Source: an uncultured virus (IMG/VR IMGVR_UViG_3300025647_000017) (lineage: Duplodnaviria; Heunggongvirae; Uroviricota; Caudoviricetes). Taken from it: a DNA stretch of 20,000 bases. Positions 17,508-20,000 of the stretch are shown one piece after another (the first letter of the stretch is position 1; each line of letters opens with the position of its first letter). The position numbers and the translations under genes are program-made. The stretch lies in IMG/VR virus record IMGVR_UViG_3300025647_000017; one strand, written 5' to 3'. Under the pieces are notes generated by a model. It worked only from the letters and a program-made list of their open reading frames with translations. It searched no databases and was not told the origin of the DNA.

Positions 17508-17846
17508 TTAACCTTGTTTCTGTTCTGGAGGTGTGAATGCTACTAAGCTGATTGATGGTGCATTCGACTTTGGTAAAGCTAATGCTGCTGCTAACCCTTC
17601 TGCTTCTGCATCTTCTTTCTCATCCGCAGCCAAGGTAGCAGCCTCTGATTCCTTCATTTCTTTATATAATTTCAGAGTAGTATCAGCAGCACGAAGAACA
17701 GTACTATCAGCAGCCTTATCGTCATTAAGAATAGCCTCTATACGCTTCATAGCTTGTTCTACTAGAGTAGGTACCTTAGCCTTCATTTTAGCAGGAATTT
17801 CCCGCCAGTTACGCTCAGCCACATTTTCTGTTGTAGGTCTAGCCAT
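17508..17846 (-). CDS. Putative terminase small subunit
   Basis: 112 aa from ATG 17846 (MARPT), helical core, acidic linker, C-terminal beta-like PSISLVAF; lies upstream of terL; function inferred from architecture only. Confidence 0.45.
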   Translation of the reverse strand: MARPTTENVAERNWREIPAKMKAKVPTLVEQAMKRIEAILNDDKAADSTVLRAADTTLKLYKEMKESEAATLAADEKEDAEAEGLAAALALPKSNAPSISLVAFTPPEQKQG

Positions 17847-18051
17847 TTTCATCACCTAATAATTCTTGTTTATTATATTCATCTAGTGCAACATTAAATA
17901 GTTGTTCACCAGTAATTGGTAGTTCATACTCATCTTCATAACCCTTACATGAATTACACATGTAATCGTACTTAGAGTTTGATACATATGAGGGGTTTTT
18001 AATTATCTCGCCACATGGACAGATCACGTTTATTTCCTTATTGGATTTCAT
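17839..18051 (-). CDS. Small putative zinc-ribbon protein
   Basis: CPCG...CNSC motif pair; overlaps the start of the next gene. Confidence 0.55.
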   Translation of the reverse strand: MKSNKEINVICPCGEIIKNPSYVSNSKYDYMCNSCKGYEDEYELPITGEQLFNVALDEYNKQELLGDENG

Positions 18052-18099
18052 TTCCAACTGTTATTGTGTTATAAACACTGTTGTTTAATCTATAATAGT

Positions 18100-18128
18100 A
18101 TGTTACCACGTATGAATATGTTGGTCAA
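18100..18128 (-). promoter_or_regulatory. Sigma70-type promoter
   Basis: TTGACC-17 nt-TAACAT with an extended -10 TG. Confidence 0.5.
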
Positions 18129-18161
18129 ACTTATGAGGTTGTATGTCAAATTACAGGTATG

Positions 18162-18184
18162 AAAAAGCCCACCATAGGTGAGCT
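18162..18184 (-). terminator. Rho-independent terminator
   Basis: Minus strand AGCTCACC-TAT-GGTGGGCT followed by TTTT. Confidence 0.7.
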
Positions 18185-18189
18185 AACAG

Positions 18190-18579
18190 TTATAGTATGA
18201 ATTCTATCTTATTTAATAAGAATTGGTAATCGTAATCTGAGTTCCAAACTCTTTGATACACACAAGATAACATGTCTACATCCTCTACCATAAATTCATT
18301 ACCAACCACAATAAAGTTAATAATCTGGTGTAATGAAGCTATAACGTTTGATTTATATGGTGCATGTTGCAGTCGTTGTAGTGCAACACTTATATCATGC
18401 AAATAGGAATGTACCGCATTAGAAGGTATATTATCCTTAAGACAAGCTTGTTTTACCCTTACATCAGCTAACAATAACTCTATACGCTTAAATATCTTAT
18501 TGTGCAAGCCACTTGGTACATCGGGGCCAAGTCTTTGGTATACTTTAGCTAATTCCGCTATTTCTGTAAAATTATTCAT
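18190..18579 (-). CDS. Hypothetical protein
   Basis: 129 aa ORF with AGGAG SD. Confidence 0.65.
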   Translation of the reverse strand: MNNFTEIAELAKVYQRLGPDVPSGLHNKIFKRIELLLADVRVKQACLKDNIPSNAVHSYLHDISVALQRLQHAPYKSNVIASLHQIINFIVVGNEFMVEDVDMLSCVYQRVWNSDYDYQFLLNKIEFIL

Positions 18580-18630
18580 TTGTTTATTATTCTCCTGTCA
18601 CTTCCTAACTTAAGGAAATTTATTGGGTTG

Positions 18631-18655
18631 ATAAAAGCCCCGCATCTGCGGGAAC
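18631..18655 (-). terminator. Terminator closing the non-coding RNA region
   Basis: Minus strand CCCGC-AGAT-GCGGG then GCTTTTAT. Confidence 0.65.
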
Positions 18656-19402
18656 ATTTGTATGAGTGCATACCTGAAGCTAATCTGTCTTCAGTGGAAC
18701 TCAATGGTTCGGTACGTCTACCTAGATATTCGCAGTATCTTACTTCTGACTTTATAACAGAGCTTAGTAGAGGAACCTAACTCACAAGTAAGGACGTTTC
18801 CAAGGTTATTTATAAAGTTTTTAGTCATTACTACGGTTGCTACTTATATACCGACCAACCTCTAATAATAGGAGAAAATCGGTGTTGCGTTCTTTGTTCA
18901 CATGGTCGCTTACGTGTCTAATTTCTAATCCACCTAGCAGTGGTAACTTATTAGGAGAGTTGTATATGCACTATATTTCAGTGGAAGTAACTGCATACTA
19001 TTCTACCACCTTTACACACGAAACCTGTTTAAAGTCTGCTGTGCTATTGCCGACTAACTTGCCTTACGGCTACCATATGACGACATCATCAATTAAATTG
19101 AGAGAGGAACTTCATACTACCTTCTGTTCAACGCATCTGCGTTCACTTAATATAATGGTTTCAGTATAACCTCCACCACAGTGTCTACCATATGTAATTA
19201 TAACTAGAACTCATTAATAATGAGGGAAGTGTATAAATACTAACAAACAAGACCTTGTAATTAAAACCTATTACCGCATCGCACTGACCATTTTACTGGT
19301 TGGGAAGGAAACCTACTGCCTAGGTAAACATTAAACTATCTAGCGCCTCAGTAGGGACAAGTCATCCTTATCGTCTTGAGTTTATACACATCAGAAGTGT
19401 TA

Positions 19403-19475
19403 ATATGATTGTGAGATTCGAACTCACGTCCCCGTCTTTAGAACGGATATCTAGGCCAACTGAAAATAAATCATA
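19403..19475 (-). tRNA. Degenerate tRNA or pseudo-tRNA (nominal anticodon TAA, uncertain)
   Basis: Acceptor TATGATT/AATCATA; canonical T arm GTGAG-TTCGAAT-CTCAC; anticodon stem TCCGT/ACGGG with loop TCTAAAG; weak D stem, no U33, no encoded CCA. Confidence 0.6.
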
Positions 19476-19673
19476 TTATTAAAGTATCTGTTATCTAGTC
19501 GCTTGCTAGAGGCTGCGAAACATAAAATAAGCCATGCTACTGCACAGTCAAAACACTTTAATAATATAAACTATTTACGTCAGTTACTCGTTCAAAACAC
19601 CTTCTCACACTACACTGAGCAAAACTGTACTATATCTCAATGGTGTTGTCTAGTACTGACGGTGTTTTAAAAT

Positions 19674-19810
19674 TGGTCGGGAGTTGTAGACGTTACCCTA
19701 CACTATGAAGCCTCCACGCCATGATGCGTCCTCTGGTCATATTCCTTCGATAAAGGTGTCTCCAGTGCAATCATGACTCGGCACCCACGAACATCTTCGT
19801 AGAACTCCCG
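19674..19810 (-). ncRNA. 137-nt tRNA-like RNA with an acceptor stem and encoded CCA
   Basis: CGGGAGT/ACTCCCG 7-bp stem plus A plus CCA; adjacent stem-loop TGTAG-GGTAACGT-CTACA in the T-arm position. Confidence 0.65.
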
Positions 19811-19826
19811 TTTGTTTCTATAAGGT

Positions 19827-19855
19827 ATCTTAACCTTCTTTCTTGTTATTGTCAA
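19827..19855 (-). promoter_or_regulatory. Sigma70-type promoter for the ncRNA cluster
   Basis: TTGACA (19855-19850)-17 nt-TAAGAT (19832-19827). Confidence 0.75.
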
Positions 19856-20000
19856 TATTTATTTTACTAAGCTTATTATTAGTCCTACATCTAGATTCTT
19901 CTAATGAAACTGCTGGATTAATCAACTCTCCAGTCTTAAAAGGATTGGTAAAATAATCTTCAGCTAAACTAATTAACTTTAAATCCAAGGAGTCTGCACA
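19830..20000 (-). CDS. C-terminus of an unknown protein entering from the right edge
   Basis: 57 open codons (CADSLDLKLISLAEDYF...KKEG*) ending at TAA 19832-19830. Confidence 0.5.
   Translation of the reverse strand, partial: CADSLDLKLISLAEDYFTNPFKTGELINPAVSLEESRCRTNNKLSKINIDNNKKEG

Larger units (their letters stand above)
18657..19820 (-). ncRNA. Cluster of structured non-coding RNAs (probable polycistronic transcript)
   Basis: No minus-strand ORF of 60 aa or more across ~1.2 kb in an otherwise gene-dense genome; successive stem-closed domains; bounded by a promoter and a terminator. Confidence 0.55.

Noticed and set aside
1278..19169. Plus-strand ORFs in the track (e.g. 1278-1460, 2479-2700, 8082-8405, 17533-17859, 18580-18780, 18837-19169)
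   Set aside because: They are antisense shadows of real genes or overlap structured non-coding DNA, with no recognisable motifs or convincing SD
18641..19194. Short direct repeats cgcatctgcg (18641, 19132) and ctaccatatg (19070, 19185)
   Set aside because: Only 10 nt and two copies each, not distinguishable from chance
19430..19450. Amber (CTA) suppressor reading of the degenerate tRNA
   Set aside because: Centring CTA in a 7-nt loop breaks the anticodon stem, and no TAG-interrupted genes were seen
18657..19820. CRISPR array, tmRNA or RNase P RNA
   Set aside because: No regularly spaced direct repeats, no tmRNA-type ends around a tag frame, and no RNase P GAGGAAAGUCC signature found by eye

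Overview
AT-rich, almost entirely minus-strand segment of a large tailed dsDNA phage; the gene order resembles rV5/Felix O1-type myoviruses (inference). Read right to left: (1) a ~1.2 kb ORF-free, highly structured RNA region between a sigma70 promoter and a terminator, holding a 137-nt CCA-ended tRNA-like RNA, a degenerate tRNA and several stem-closed multibranch domains; (2) a probable terminase small subunit, a candidate sRNA/attenuator and small hypothetical genes; (3) a free-standing GIY-YIG-like endonuclease with five Cys/His repeats; (4) a terminase large subunit gene split into six exons by five ORF-less group I introns of 195-231 nt, splicing to an intact 511-aa protein; (5) a ~7 kb accessory block between terL and portal encoding RNA repair enzymes (two RNA ligases, phosphoesterase, P-loop kinase) and a PRPP-synthetase-like/NAMPT-like pair resembling NARP1; (6) the head module: portal, S49 protease/scaffold, decoration protein and major capsid protein. 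All calls come from manual reading and motif recognition; no searches or folding programs were run.
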